64,000 nt of DNA from Octopus vulgaris (taxonomy: Eukaryota). Numbering within the stretch: the stretch's first letter is position 1; every line of letters starts with the position of its first letter. Positions 12,781 to 27,445 of the stretch are shown in pieces. The notes beneath the pieces are model-generated. The model saw only the letters and a program-made list of their open reading frames with translations, was not told the origin of the DNA and did no database searches. The translations under genes were made by a program, and so were the position numbers. The DNA lies in the NCBI GenBank assembly GCA_951406725.2, contig OX597820.1, forward strand, positions 47,554,001-47,618,000, written 5' to 3'.

Positions 12781-13193
12781 ACTACCCTTATTTTCCAGAA
12801 AAATGTGTCGACACATTTTTCCGCAAAATAATGGTAGTTTATCCTGTTCATGATATATTATTAGCATTATCCTGCGTTTGAGAATAAAGTTATTTCCTTA
12901 TCTTTCAATATATCTCAACGCTTTTAAAGTAAACTCTCTTTATTTTCATCGTAATTTGAATTTAACGTCTCATAAAGCTAGATTTATATATCCTAAATTT
13001 GCAGAAGAATTTGTTGTTGGGTCAGTTTAGCTTAAAGGTAAAGCACTACGACGCGTAGGATATGAGTTCGTGTCTCATGGCTGGCCGCCGACACATTTTC
13101 CTGCAAAATATTGGTAGTTTATCCTGTTCATGCTACATTCTTTGCATTGTCCTGCGTTTGAGAATAATTACTTTCATCGTAATTTGAATTTAA
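12780..13193 (+). mobile_element. (TA)n-flanked partial-tandem element (280-bp period) containing a tRNA-like segment
   Basis: 12810-12888 is repeated at 13090-13167. The segment 13019-13089 has an A-box-like tagcttaaaggt and a B-box-like gagttcgtgtctc. Confidence 0.6.
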
Positions 13194-13430
13194 TATATAT
13201 ATATATATATATATATGCGTTAAATATATATGACAGAAGAATAAATAAGTAAAATCAAGTTAAACAATGTATGATCGTCATGCATTTTTGCGAAATTTGC
13301 AAACTCTATTTTTTCTGTATTTGGTATCAGTAAGAAGAGAATCGAACTTCTTAATACGTAGTTACAAATCGAAATGCTTAGACCACACACGCACTCACAC
13401 ACACACTCATCGTGCATAAACAATATCTGC

Positions 13431-13510
<80 letters not shown>

Positions 13511-13814
13511 TTATCTATCTATGTTTTTCTCTGTTTTTTTTTCTATCATTCTATGTCCAGCTATTTAACTATGGTAATTTCTGCCTGCCTATCGGTCTGT
13601 CCTTCTGTCTGTCTATCTATCTGTCTATCTGTCTGTGTGTCTGTTTGGTTATCTGTCTGTATGTTTGGTTATCTGTCTTACTGTCTGGCTGCTCACACTT
13701 TCTCTTCAAATTCAAGGTGAATAATGTATAGTTAGACGGAATGAAGCAGAAGGATAAAAGTAACTGTGAAGTTGTGGGAAGTAAGTGAGGAAGATAGATA
13801 GATAGATAGATAGT

Positions 13815-13854
<40 letters not shown>

Positions 13855-14749
13855 GATAAATAAATAGATAGACAGAGACATAAATAAGCGAATAGATAGA
13901 TAGACATATATATATATAAGTAAATAGTTACATAGATAAGTAGATAGATGTAGAAGGATAGGAAGAAACATATATGTTTATATGCATAAGTGTATATGAG
14001 TATGTGTGTGTTTATATAATGAGAGAGAGAGAGAGAGAAGAGAGAGAAAGAGAAGAGAGAGAAAGAGAAGAGAGAGAAAGAGAAGAGAGAGAAAGAGAAG
14101 AGAGAGGGAGAGGTTCACAAAGAAAGAAAGAAAAAAGAAAAATTAAACGTCAGGACGAACAGACAGACGAAAGAAAATAAGCAATGATAGTTGTAGTGAT
14201 ATTCGAGGCGTGGTTGGAGGATTATATATCAATAGCAACAGAAATTGTTTAAAACAAAAAAAAACCCAGCTAAAATACATACAAGACTATCATTTCAATA
14301 CATTCTGATTAACACCTGGTTTATTGAGAAAAGGAAAAAACAAAAACAACACGGGTGTTGAAATATCGTTGTTAGAATGATATAGTGTATAGTAAATGAT
14401 AGGATGGTAGGGGTATAGAATCAGGATGTTGTGTGTGAATAGTGTAGGGTGGTACTTTATACGAGATGTAATTATTGAAAATTTGATAGTTGTTTTTTTG
14501 GGGGAAGGTTTCGTTCATACAACAGCAAAAATAAAATAAGATAAAAGGGGCGAGCAAGCGTAAACAAACACACACACATACACGAACATATAAACAACAG
14601 CACATACATAGACATACACACATGCTTGCGCATGCGTATAGACGCGCATGTGCAAATACACACACGCACACGCACACACAAACACGGACATATACATAAA
14701 AATAGACAGATACAGAAGCACACAAATTCGCACGCTCATGCACACATAC

Positions 14750-14808
<59 letters not shown>

Positions 14809-14816
14809 AATATATA

Positions 14817-15073
14817 TATTATATAGAAGGCATTATTACACACAAATGCCACACGCTAGGAGGGACTTTTAAAGTCATAACTACCAAAAATAAACAAACC
14901 GTACCGAATGCAATTCTCGAAGCGAGACATTTAAAAACAGAATTTAGTTCCAGATCACCTGTGATTTCGCAATTAACGTATTATCTACGTTTCTTGTTCG
15001 TCAGTGAAACGAATTCAAAATATATCATGAATGATATGTGGCATTTATGTGTAATAATGCCCTCTATATAATA
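14817..15073. mobile_element. Short element with 37-bp terminal inverted repeats
   Basis: 14817-14853 versus the reverse complement of 15037-15073 has 2 mismatches. Hammerhead core words occur inside on the minus strand. Confidence 0.7.
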
Positions 15074-15198
15074 TAAATAAATATTTTATAATATAAATAA
15101 ATATTTTCAAGTGAAAAAATTTACAGATTTGTTCTCTTATGAGGTTTTTCACGCTAACTACCTGATAATTTCTTATTAAGATTTTATCCTATTTTAAA

Positions 15199-15285
<87 letters not shown>

Positions 15286-15452
15286 AATATGTATATATAC
15301 ACACATATACAAACATATTTGTATACATATATACATGTGGCCATATACACACCTGCATATAGATACACTGCGTGTATGTGTATGTTTGTCTCCATACATG
15401 TGTCCATAGACGTGTATATATGTGTGTCCATACACACACCTCACTCTGTCTG

Positions 15453-15520
<68 letters not shown>

Positions 15521-16175
15521 TAAGCTCACACATAAGAGTAGCCGCACATGCAAACATTCTCACACACATTGATGGACAGATGTCTGGATAATCAACATAA
15601 CTAATCTATCTATCTACCACATATCTGTTTCATGCTGCTATCTTAATTTAGCTCTACATGCCTCTTTCGCCCACCTCATACATACACATGTTCACTAACA
15701 GATGTGTGTACACTCACGCATATATATGTATGTATACAAATATATACATACATATACACACATTCTTATGTTTATATGCTTCTCTCTATATATATTTATA
15801 TACGTATGTATCTATGTATACACAAATTTATATAACATACTTATATGCGTATATACGGCAGCTCTGTAATTGAGAACAGCCATTTCTATGGTCCCTGTGG
15901 AATTGTCAGCGAAACTTTGTTTGCCAGATCCACGCAGCTGTCATAACTGAGACGATATATTCCGATATAAGAAAAGAGTATCAGATTGTGTCAGAACATC
16001 ATGTTAAATCAGCAAGCAATAACAAGAAGAACTACAACAACAACAGTAGCAGCAGCAGCAGCAACAACAGCAACAAGTAGAGTGGTAATAAAAACAACAG
16101 TGATGATGGTATTAGCAATGATAACAAAGACAACAACAACAACAGAATGATAACAACAACACAAACAGTGACAGC

Positions 16176-16208
<33 letters not shown>

Positions 16209-16670
16209 ATCAGGTGCCAGGACGATGAGAAGGATAACAGTAACGATAATAACGAGAACTTTGAGAACAACAATAACAACAACAAAAGCGATGCGGAAAG
16301 AACAACAACAGCGTCAACAACAACGACGAAAATGACAAGACCAATAACAACTAAAATGATATGTACGACAGTAATAAAAGAAAATAATGGCGACTGCGAT
16401 ACATCAACAACAATAACGGAAGCAACAACTGCGATCACAACTACTATATCAAAAGCAGAAACAACAACAAAACAGTAGTAGTAGCAGCAGTAGCAGCAGC
16501 GGTAAGAATATCAATGACAGTAGATCAACAACGGCAAGTGCGTCAACATCAATAGCCGAAGTAACTACAGTAACATTGACAATGCCAGTAAGAATATGTC
16601 AACAAGAAGAAGAAAGACAAGGATAAAGAATAATTCGAATAAGAAAAATAATATCAATGTCTCTCCCCAC

Positions 16671-16704
<34 letters not shown>

Positions 16705-17045
16705 TTAAGTATAGATATGTGTGCATATGTATATATGTACGTATGTAAGTATTTATGTATGTATGTATATCTTAAAGATGCTAAAAGCAGAAAAACAAAA
16801 AGAACACCCCCCCACATCCACACTGCAAAAAAAAAATTAAATAAATAAAAGAGAGAGAAAAAAAAACAATAGTAAAATATATTTTATCTAGGGATTTAGG
16901 ATTTATTGACAATGGCGGATAAACAAAAATAATTAAACCGGTGAAATCAGCCATCTTGTATTGTTTGTAGATGAGATATACAGACAAGATAAAGGTGAGA
17001 TTTATTTTGTCAAACGAAAGGTATTAGTAAGAAAACAGCCACAGT

Positions 17046-17116
<71 letters not shown>

Positions 17117-18272
17117 ATAAAGAAACGATAACTCGATACTGAAACAGAAATGGCAATTTCAAATCAAGATTGGTTTCTGTTTTTTTCTTTTTGTGGGATG
17201 TAATTTGAAGTTATATATCATTATATTTTAACCCGTCTCTTTTTTTTTTTTTAAATTCTTTGGTGAGAAAGGTTCACATTAGTAAAAACGTTTTCTTGTT
17301 ATACAAAGCGATTAGGCTTAAATAGTAATAGTAATGATGGTGGTGTTGATGATGGTCGTAGCTGTGGCGATAGTAGTGATCGTTGTGCATCTGATAATGA
17401 TATTTGTTCTGAAATCGATAGTCGACAGACTATGAATTCCTTTTATTGATTCTAATTGACATTTTAAATTTTTGCGCTAAACAGTTTCTAGATCCGATTA
17501 GGAAAAAAAAAAGAAAAGAAAAAAAGAAAAAGTAAAAAAATGAAAATCCTGATTTGGATTTGTGAAAACATTTTTATTTTATCAGCATCACAATTTTAAG
17601 AACAAAAACAGCCTAACTAATGACTTGTCCAATTATTTTATAGGGTTATCTTAGGTTAATGGCATATCAAACTGCTCGATAATAATATCAAATGTCAAAA
17701 TTTCTGTGATGGCTTATTATAGCAAAGTGAATATTTAAAAAAAAATTAAACTTATTTTTGAAGAATATGTTTACAATATCTATACCTATTTTATATTTTG
17801 ATCATTTAGAAACAAAAGATAACTGTTTGGACCCAGCCCGATAGTTTGTGGAGTGATATTTGGTTGCTAAATTGAATAGGATTGACTGCTGCACACAGAA
17901 ACATACTCAATGACTCGTATAGACTTGTTGCTACCCACATGTTGCATGTTGTTTTTAAATTAATAATTGTCATGTTTTCTTTATCTCTTATTCATTGGTC
18001 GGTTCAGTAGTTGTTCTGTATCTGCAGATGGCAACGACGTTCATATTCTGTTTTGCCAAAGTTGTCGTTCTGTCTATTTGAGCAATTGTTGTTTTATATA
18101 TGAAGTTGCTACAGAAGTTTTGATAATCCTTTTGGATGTCTGTGAATTATATATATGGTGTCTCTAATCCGTCACACTTTCTTGTAGGTTAATTTGTTTT
18201 CCACTACAAGTCCCTCTGGTGTTGTGTCATCGGATTTTTATCTGTTTGAAATACACACACATACACACATAC

Positions 18273-18339
<67 letters not shown>

Positions 18340-18889
18340 TTATACACACACGCACACGCATATATTTTATATTTATCTCCCGCTTAATGGGGATATTGTG
18401 TTAGAACATAGAATACGATCTCATTTACTAAGGCATGACCTCTCATTTGGACTTGTTGTTCATAAGGCGCTCGTTTTATGTCGCTGACGGACAATGACCG
18501 TCCGCTACGGCCGTCAGAACTACCAGATCATGTGATTTTTGCCCTTTCTTGGGCTTGTCAATGGCAGACGTTCAGTGATATATACAACATCAGTATCTAC
18601 TCAGGCACTACTGTCGCAAATAGCTTGTGGGCGGTTTAAAAAATAATTTATAGCGACAAAAGCATTATTAATAACAAAAGGTAATATTTATCTCGCTTAG
18701 TTCCTGTGGCTGCAGCGGATATAAACAGTCAACGATATAAACACGCGTGGTTTTATGCACCACGAGATCATATGAGAGGTCCTGTTACAGTAAAGAACAC
18801 AGTATTCTGTTTTCTAACACAACACCCTTATTAAGTGGGAGATAGATATTATCTTTTGGTATTAATACTAGTTCTGTCGCATTTAATTA

Positions 18890-18941
<52 letters not shown>

Positions 18942-19042
18942 ACACACACACAGATTAAGCAGTAATAGATAGGATCACCCCTTTATGAATGCTCCCACGA
19001 TATAGCACCCAGACACTGTAGTAAAATATAGCATAATCACTC

Positions 19043-19093
19043 AACAATTATACTTACCGAACAATTATACTTACCGAACAATTATACTTACCG
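19043..19093. repeat. 17-bp tandem repeat x3
   Basis: aacaattatacttaccg three times exactly. Confidence 0.95.
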
Positions 19094-20707
19094 ACAACAG
19101 AAAAAAATAAATTTCAAAATGTTGGTCCGAATTACAAGTTTTTGTTGAGTGAGTGTAATGTTGCGTAGATGACTGATTCGAAACCAATAGGTTTCAAGTT
19201 AAATTCTGACGAAACTAAATCACACACAAAATAAGCAACCACACATATCTGGTTTAAATACAAAGTAATTCTTCATATTTTTAAAACTCTTCAGAGAATA
19301 GTTGTCTTTCTATTCATATTTAACGACAGCCACTAATCATCATCACCGTTGTCGTCGTTGTCGTTTCCCTCCTCCTCCTCCTCCTCATCATCATCATCAT
19401 CATTGTCGTCGTCGTCGTCATCATCATCATCATTGTTAACCAACACCCTTACCACTTAGCTCCACTAACCACCACTACAGTAACTACAGTAACACCACCT
19501 CCACCACCACCACCACCACCACCACCACCACCACCACCACAACAACAACAACAACAACAAGAACAACAACAACAACAACAACAACATCATCATCACCAGC
19601 ATCAGCAGCAGAGGTGGCATCATCACCTACAGCGGAATCAACAGCAACGCTAGTATTCTTTGGAAAATTACTGTTATGCCCCTTGCAGTCATCATCGCAG
19701 CCTTTCTTATCACCATAATGGTGATAATACTGCTGCTGCTGCTACTGCTGCTGACGGTGATTATGAAACTTCTACGGAGTGACTCAGTCTGATAGAAATA
19801 CTCTCACTAAAATCACACACTACTGTCTCAACAAAGAGGAAACTGCACATTGGGATTGTATGTACACTTAAATCACACTGCTTGACAAAGAGATTGATCT
19901 CGGCATGAACATCTTTGGCTATAGGGTTGCTCAATCAAGGCTCGCCTAGGGCTAAACAACAACCCGACACCCAACTTCCAGACCGCCCATTTATCTGACA
20001 CATTATCAAATTGTTCCTTACTTTTGTTAGCCTGCCTGTCTGTCTGCTTGTCCATTTCTCTGCAATCCACCTTCCCTCTTTGCCTCTCATTTTATTTTAT
20101 TTTTCCCTAAATCCGCTAGATGGCGTTGCAGAACAGATTTAAGCAACAAGCATTCAACCAACAAAGTACAAAACTACCAAATTTGTAAAATTTAATTGCA
20201 ATATGCGAATTCGTGCTTCAACGGTGATTTTTTTTTTCAGTAGGAGGCACAAGTATTTGCTTAAATTCGTTTGTTTAGATAAAAGAAAAGAATAAACCAT
20301 ATAGGAAATTGGTTGCAGTGGTGGTGATGATGGTGATGGAGGTTGTAATTATTGTTATGGTAGTGATGGCGGTGGTTGGTTTGTCGGTCTGTCGTTCGAT
20401 GCGTATTTGGTTGTGTTTTAAAGGAGTGCTTGCGAAATGCGTGTCGCGAACGCAATGTATCGGATAAAAACTGCATTACTTTCCGCCATTTTACTTTTAT
20501 TGTTGTTTCTATATCGCCGTTAATGTTGCGGTTGTTATTGTTGTTTGTTTGTTTGTTTGTTTTTTTTGCCCGTTGTTGTTATTATAGTTGTTGTTATTTT
20601 ATTTTTAAATCCGTTTTCTTGAAGTTCTAATCTTGTAGAATAACAATATTCGACGTTCTGTTGTTTTCAAGCGCATAAACAAACACATAACTACATAAAC
20701 ACGCACG

Positions 20708-20815
<108 letters not shown>

Positions 20816-21733
20816 CACAAACAAACACACAAATACGCATATGCGCACATACACATGTACACACACAATACATAAACTTAACGTACAGATACAACGTCAT
20901 TCAAACCAGTTTACTCACACTTGCATACATAATTACAAAAATACACATACAGATTCAGAAAACGAAATACGCATGAAAACATAAGAGGTATACAAACATA
21001 CACACATATACACACACATACATACACTCACAGCAATGTTTGAGCCATTTTCTGTGCGCATGGCAACTGATCTGATTACATGTGCACATATATACATTTC
21101 TTTGTATTAGTTTAAATTTAGTACTTTTATTAATGTATAGGTGTGTATGCGCGCGTGTGTGTGTGTATGTTTACGTAAAATAAAATGTGTACACACACAC
21201 ACATACACACCACACACAGACACGACACACACACACATACATATATACATAATTGAAAACCAAAAGGAGAGTGGAGATTTATTCACATCCAAAAGTTTTT
21301 TTATTAAAAAGTTTTCTACAGAATATATAACAATGACTAACATATGTTTCGACTGCAGCATCTGAACATTGCTCCGTATGTAATTGCTGTAACTTCACCA
21401 AGGGTCCATCACTTACAACGTTTTCAAAGTGAACACATTCGCACAAGCTTTTTGCGTTGGTATTCAGTTGAATACTTTTAAAAAATCGTTACTTTTTAAA
21501 TCGAATTGAATTCTTGTCGTATAATCACCTTTACAGGCAATACACAAACACGCACACACACACACACGATTTTACTTCGTGCATACATACATAATGTGTA
21601 TGCGTTTGCTTGTGAGGGCAACATGCGTGCGTTCACGCATGTGTATTACTTTTAATATGGTATCACTGCAGAGAAGTACAACAAAAAGTTTCTTTACTTA
21701 CTCACTTTCCTCCACTCTCTCTTCCTCTCTGTG

Positions 21734-21816
<83 letters not shown>

Positions 21817-21860
21817 CTATTTACTATATATATGATTACAGACATAGTTACGCGTGTATG

Positions 21861-21899
<39 letters not shown>

Positions 21900-21917
<18 letters not shown>

Positions 21918-23068
21918 GCATATATACATACATATATGTACATAGTTACATGTATATGTATATACATATGTATATATCGGCACAGGACGTAATAAAACGT
22001 AAACAACATGAAATACGAAATACGAAAACATGGAATACGAGCTTTTTTGCGAACAACGAAAGAAACAAATGGAAAACAAGACAAGTTGTTGGTTATTTAT
22101 CTAATCCACATTTTGAGCAATTACGACAAAATGTGTATTCAACAAAACAGTTGCTCCCGCAAAACAAAATAAAATTTGGGATTTGTGGAGGGTCAAAGTT
22201 GGTAACAAAAACAGGACAGTGAAAACAAACAGTAAGGGCTGCTAAGCCATAACGAGGTGAGGTGGCAAACGCTGGAGGAACAAGCTTTGACACAAGAAAA
22301 GATAGGAGAGGAGACAGAAAGAATGCGTTATCTCTGTGGCAGATAAAAAGGAAAGAAAGAAGCTCAAGTTAGGAAAAGAAAGATGTTCGATGGTCACGTG
22401 GGAGTAACGAGGGAGTAAAGGAGGAAGAGTGAGAAAGAGGGAGGGAGACAGATAGAGAACAGTGAAAGGGGAGGAAAAGAATTAGAGAAAGGATGAATGA
22501 GAAAAAACAAAAGGGGAGAAAAAGAGATAAAATGAATTAGCGGATATACATACATATATGTACATACTTACATGTATATGTATATACATATGCATATGTG
22601 GGTACAGGACGTCACAAAACGTAAACAACATAAAATACGAAATACGAAAACATAGAATGCAAACTTTCTTGCGAACAGCGAAAGAAATTTTGATGGGAAT
22701 CTCTGTACTGTTCGCTCTCTCTCCCCTCTCATTTCCTCTCTCTTCCTTTCTCTAATTCTTTTTATCTCCCCTTCACCATTATCTGTCTGTCTCCCTCGAT
22801 TTTTGCTTTCCGGAAGCAACTGTTTTGTTGAAGTTACATCTTGTCGTAATTGCTCGAAATATGGAGTTGATAAACAGCCAACAACTGATGAAGAGTCGTT
22901 CTTTATGTTAGTTGTCTTGTTTTCTATTTGTTTCTTTCGTTGTTCGTATTCCATGTTTTCTTATTTCGTATTTCATGTTGTTTACGTTTCATGACGTCCT
23001 GTATTCATATATGCATATGTATATACGTATATATGTAAATATGTACATATATGTACATATATGTACAT

Positions 23069-23144
<76 letters not shown>

Positions 23145-23297
23145 ATATAATAAATAAAATATACGCATATATACATACATATATGTACATACTTACATCT
23201 ACATGTTTTTTCGTTGTTAAAAAAGTCTGTTTCCTTGTTTGATTTTATGTTTTCGTCTCTCGTTGTGTTCTACGTTTATTTGTGGTGTCCTGTACTC

Positions 23298-23377
<80 letters not shown>

Positions 23378-23480
23378 GTAGATGTAAGTATGTACATACA
23401 TGTATGTATATATGCATATATTTTTTTTATTATATCATTATATGACCGAACGCACGCGTTATTTCTCTTCTCTAAGTAAG
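21900..23480. mobile_element. Cluster of direct and inverted copies of the family seen at 8634-9823
   Basis: caggacgt.a.aaaacgtaaacaacat.aaatacgaaatacgaaaacat occurs at ~21982 and ~22605, with inverted copies at ~22930-23080 and ~23230-23480. The sequence at 23447-23480 resembles the rc of 9493-9525. Confidence 0.7.
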
Positions 23481-23886
23481 TTTATATATATATATATATA
23501 TATAAATTATATTATTATATATTGACAAGCAAGTTTATATATATATATATATATACATATACATACATGTGTGTGGGTGTATGTATGTGTATATATACAT
23601 ACCCCTTATGCATGTATCTATGTATTTGTCTTTGTCTTTGTGGTTGTTGTCTACCATTGATTGACACCAGGTGTTGGTTTCTTTATGTCTCCATAACGTA
23701 GCGGTGCAGCAAAATAAACCGTTAGAATATGTAGCAGGCTTCACCAAAAAATAATTGCTGAGGTCTATTTGTTCGACTAAAGCATCCTCCAAAGCAGTGC
23801 TCCAGTATGGCCGCAGTATATATACGGTAAGTATTTATGGTGATTTATATAATTAATACGTGTGATCAATATTTAGATTCAATTAA

Positions 23887-24095
23887 GGAGGCGAGCTGAC
23901 AGAATCGTTACCACACTGGACAAAATGCTTAGGAGTATTTTAATGGCTTTACGTTCGGAGTTCAAATTCCACCGGGGTCGACTGTATCTTTCATCCTTTC
24001 GAGGTCAATAAAATAAGTACCAGCTGAGTACTGAGGTCGATGTAAATGACTTAGTCCCTCTCCCCCCGAAATTGCTAGCCTTGTGCCAAAATTTA
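23887..24095 (+). mobile_element. SINE family B, near full length
   Basis: ggaggcgagctgacagaatcgtta..gagttcaaattcc..tttcatcctttcg..aataagtaccag..ccttgtgccaaaattt. Confidence 0.85.
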
Positions 24096-25798
24096 AATTA
24101 CATTTTTTACTACCATCTAGTGTAACCACAAGTATTTGGAATCAAAATAATTTTGCTGTTAATTCACGTGGGAGTCATATTTCATCAAACTTCGTTTTTC
24201 GCGTAACTGATTAAGCTTTTTTTTTTATACAAACCGTAGCATTTTGGATAAAGTTGACTGCGTTCATAGCATCCAAGAAACTTGTCTGAAATATCATTTT
24301 GTATGAAAAAAACTAAACAAGATATTATTTTAGTCTTAATAGCTTCTGAAATACTAGAGCGGATATTCAACCAGCCATCCGAACTTGGAAAAACAAATTA
24401 ACCACACAAAAACAGTGACATTTTAATTTTGCTCGATTAATTTTGTTAGACGGTGATTGACTAATGGCAGTGGTGCACAATGGCAAGTGAAATGAATGTT
24501 TATGGCCAGCTGGTGAAGAATTTTCTCTTGTTGTTCTGTGGTTTCACTTGGTGCCTACACACACCGGTAAACTTAAATAGTAACATATATGAAAAAAAAA
24601 ATTTAACTGAAACGCAGAATCAGTCCATGTTGGAGTCCTCTGATCTGAAGTGAAAATTGTCGTCTGAAGTGGGGACTATTACTTCCTGTCTAATTCATTC
24701 TAGTGACTGTTTTCAAGCATTTACAGTCTCATTTAATAACTAAAAATTTTGTGCTGAGATGAGAAGTGGTGTTATGATAAAGACAGAGGAATTGGGACCC
24801 GAATCTTTTGATGAGTTCAACTCAAATAACATTATTTTTATTGTTATTTAACCTTAGTTTAGCTCTAACCGAAGGGCATTTTGGCAATGATTATCCCATT
24901 GTTTTTTCATATGATATAGTATATCTCAGACGATATTACCTAATGCCATACAACATCAGGAAATGTATAGATTTCTAGCCAACACTGTATGTAAACACCA
25001 TTGTCTTTATAAACAATATCTTCGTAGACAAAAATATTGTACCTAAAGACATGGTGTTTACATCAGCATTCACAAAACGTCCGAATTAAAGAATATTTCG
25101 ATATACACTCTTTACCAAAAAAAAAAAAAAAAGTCTTGAAAAATGCAGGAACATGAAGAAATACATCTCACTTATTATTAAAGCAACTGACAGTAATATC
25201 GGTAACACCCGGCTATTCTGATATATTAAAAAGACACAAACCAACCGGTTTGAAATGAGTGCCAAAGGATAACATGGATATTGAAACTCACACCACTTAA
25301 CCCAATTTATACTCGCATATATATCATCCCACCTTGGCACTGATAACATGGAGAAACAATCTGCAGCTTCACATTTTTATATCGATAATCATCTGGTAAT
25401 TTGAAGATAACCCATAAAGATCGGGCACGTTATTTACATGCTATGCGTTCTTTAAAGCCTTTTAAATGCAAATTTTCACGAGAAATATTGATAAATTTTT
25501 ATATATTTTAACTGCTTTCTGCATTGCTATCTCCTTTTATAAAACACTGACTATCTAAGCATAAGGACACACCAGCACATACATACATACATACATACAC
25601 ACATACATACATACATACATACATACATACATACATACATACATACATACATACATACACACACATATGTGTGTATATAATTAAAAAGATGACTTCATAT
25701 ATACAAAAACATTCTCAATACACAAGGACATGCATCTGTATCTGTGTGTGTATGTATGCGTATACCTATGGTCGCATGTCTTTAGATATGTATGCATT

Positions 25799-25830
<32 letters not shown>

Positions 25831-26827
25831 CGCGCGTGCGTGTGTGTGAAGTATGTATGTATAATACTGTAATACAAATATACAAGAAAAAGTTTTGGAA
25901 GTGTGAATACACATCTTGCTGTTCCCTTAATGAAGTTCTTTAAATTATATTCATCACGCAACAAGACATCTTAAACAGATGTAAATTCTTAGGTGAAACT
26001 CCGACATCCTAATTTCTTTAATTTCTGTTATGAGTGCCTATTTTTTGTCTGTTTATTGTTGTTCCGTTTCATGTGTTCTTGTTAATATTTTGCATTTAAC
26101 GTTTAAAAATCTCAGTGAGTCTGGTAATTACAAATCAGTGATACTTAAAACTGGTGTAGTATGGAAACACAGACACACATATTTGCGCATACTCACCATA
26201 CAGGCATATTTTATAATGCATACATTTGCAAGCAGGTATTTATGCTTGTACATACATACACATACATATTTGCATAAATACATACACACATGCATACATA
26301 GATGCCTACAAGCACGCACGCACAGAGGCACTCACGCACAGACGTACACAAGCATGCGTTGAGTTATGATGAACGAATGAGAAAGAAGAGGTCAATACAC
26401 GTAGGAGATATGATTCTTGTGGAAAATGAAGGTCGCAAAGGTGTGAAACTCAAGGCGTGAGGCAAACTCACAGCTTCTCTTATACACACACACACATATG
26501 TGTGTGTGTGTGTGTATTCTTTCATTCTTTTATTAGTTTCAGTTATTTGACAGCGGCCATGATGGAGCATCGCCTTTAATGGAACAAGTTGACCACACGC
26601 TATAGCAGATGACACTTGACTAAGGTGCCCCGCAGTGGGACTGAACCGGGACTATGTGATTGGTAAGCAGGCTACTTACAGCCACGCCTGCGCCTATATA
26701 TATATATATATATACATACACACACATGTCTGCATGTATGTATGAATCCATGTAATTAGCGTTTGGGTTATAGCTAGCGTTATGTTTATGCATACCATAT
26801 ATTCAAATATACATATACATGCATGTA

Positions 26828-26885
<58 letters not shown>

Positions 26886-26894
26886 AAAACAATG

Positions 26895-26960
<66 letters not shown>

Positions 26961-27049
26961 GGAAAGTTTACGAAAATAAACAAAAGACGAAGGCAGGTGG
27001 TGTACAAACAAACAAATGTATTAGTATAGCGCTCAGGAATAGAAAAAAG

Positions 27050-27087
27050 TCTTTTACGTTTCGAGCCTACGCTCTTCCACAGAAAGA
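27050..27087 (-). ncRNA. Minimal hammerhead-like motif with CUGUGGA core variant
   Basis: Minus strand reads tcttt-CTGTGGA-a-gagc(gtag)gctc-GAAAC-GTA-aaaga. Stems I and II are perfect and stem III is reduced to the ACGT palindrome. It lies in a (TA)n-adjacent element at ~26958-27160. Confidence 0.6.
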
Positions 27088-27230
27088 TACACAGAAAAAA
27101 CAAGGAGAGAAACAAGGCGAGAAAAAAATGCGTGTAGTAGCTAACGATCTATCATGGCGTCTTGCGAGTGATTTGATCTGAGATCGCTTATCAATTACTT
27201 CTTAAAAGAATAATCTATTCATCTAAAACA

Positions 27231-27298
27231 CGGGCATATGGCGTAGTGGTTAAGAGCGCAGGCTACTAACCCCAAGATTCCGAGTTAGATCCCAGTGA

Positions 27299-27355
<57 letters not shown>

Positions 27356-27378
27356 TAATAATGATGATGATGATGATG

Positions 27379-27445
<67 letters not shown>

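Noticed and set aside
13019-13089. Functional tRNA genes (also 27231-27300 and SINE heads)
   Set aside because: A and B boxes are present but no complete cloverleaf can be formed, and they sit inside repeats.
16020-16620. Thr/Gln-rich or membrane-protein-like ORFs (also 19340-19760)
   Set aside because: Degenerate trinucleotide repeats with no domain signature.
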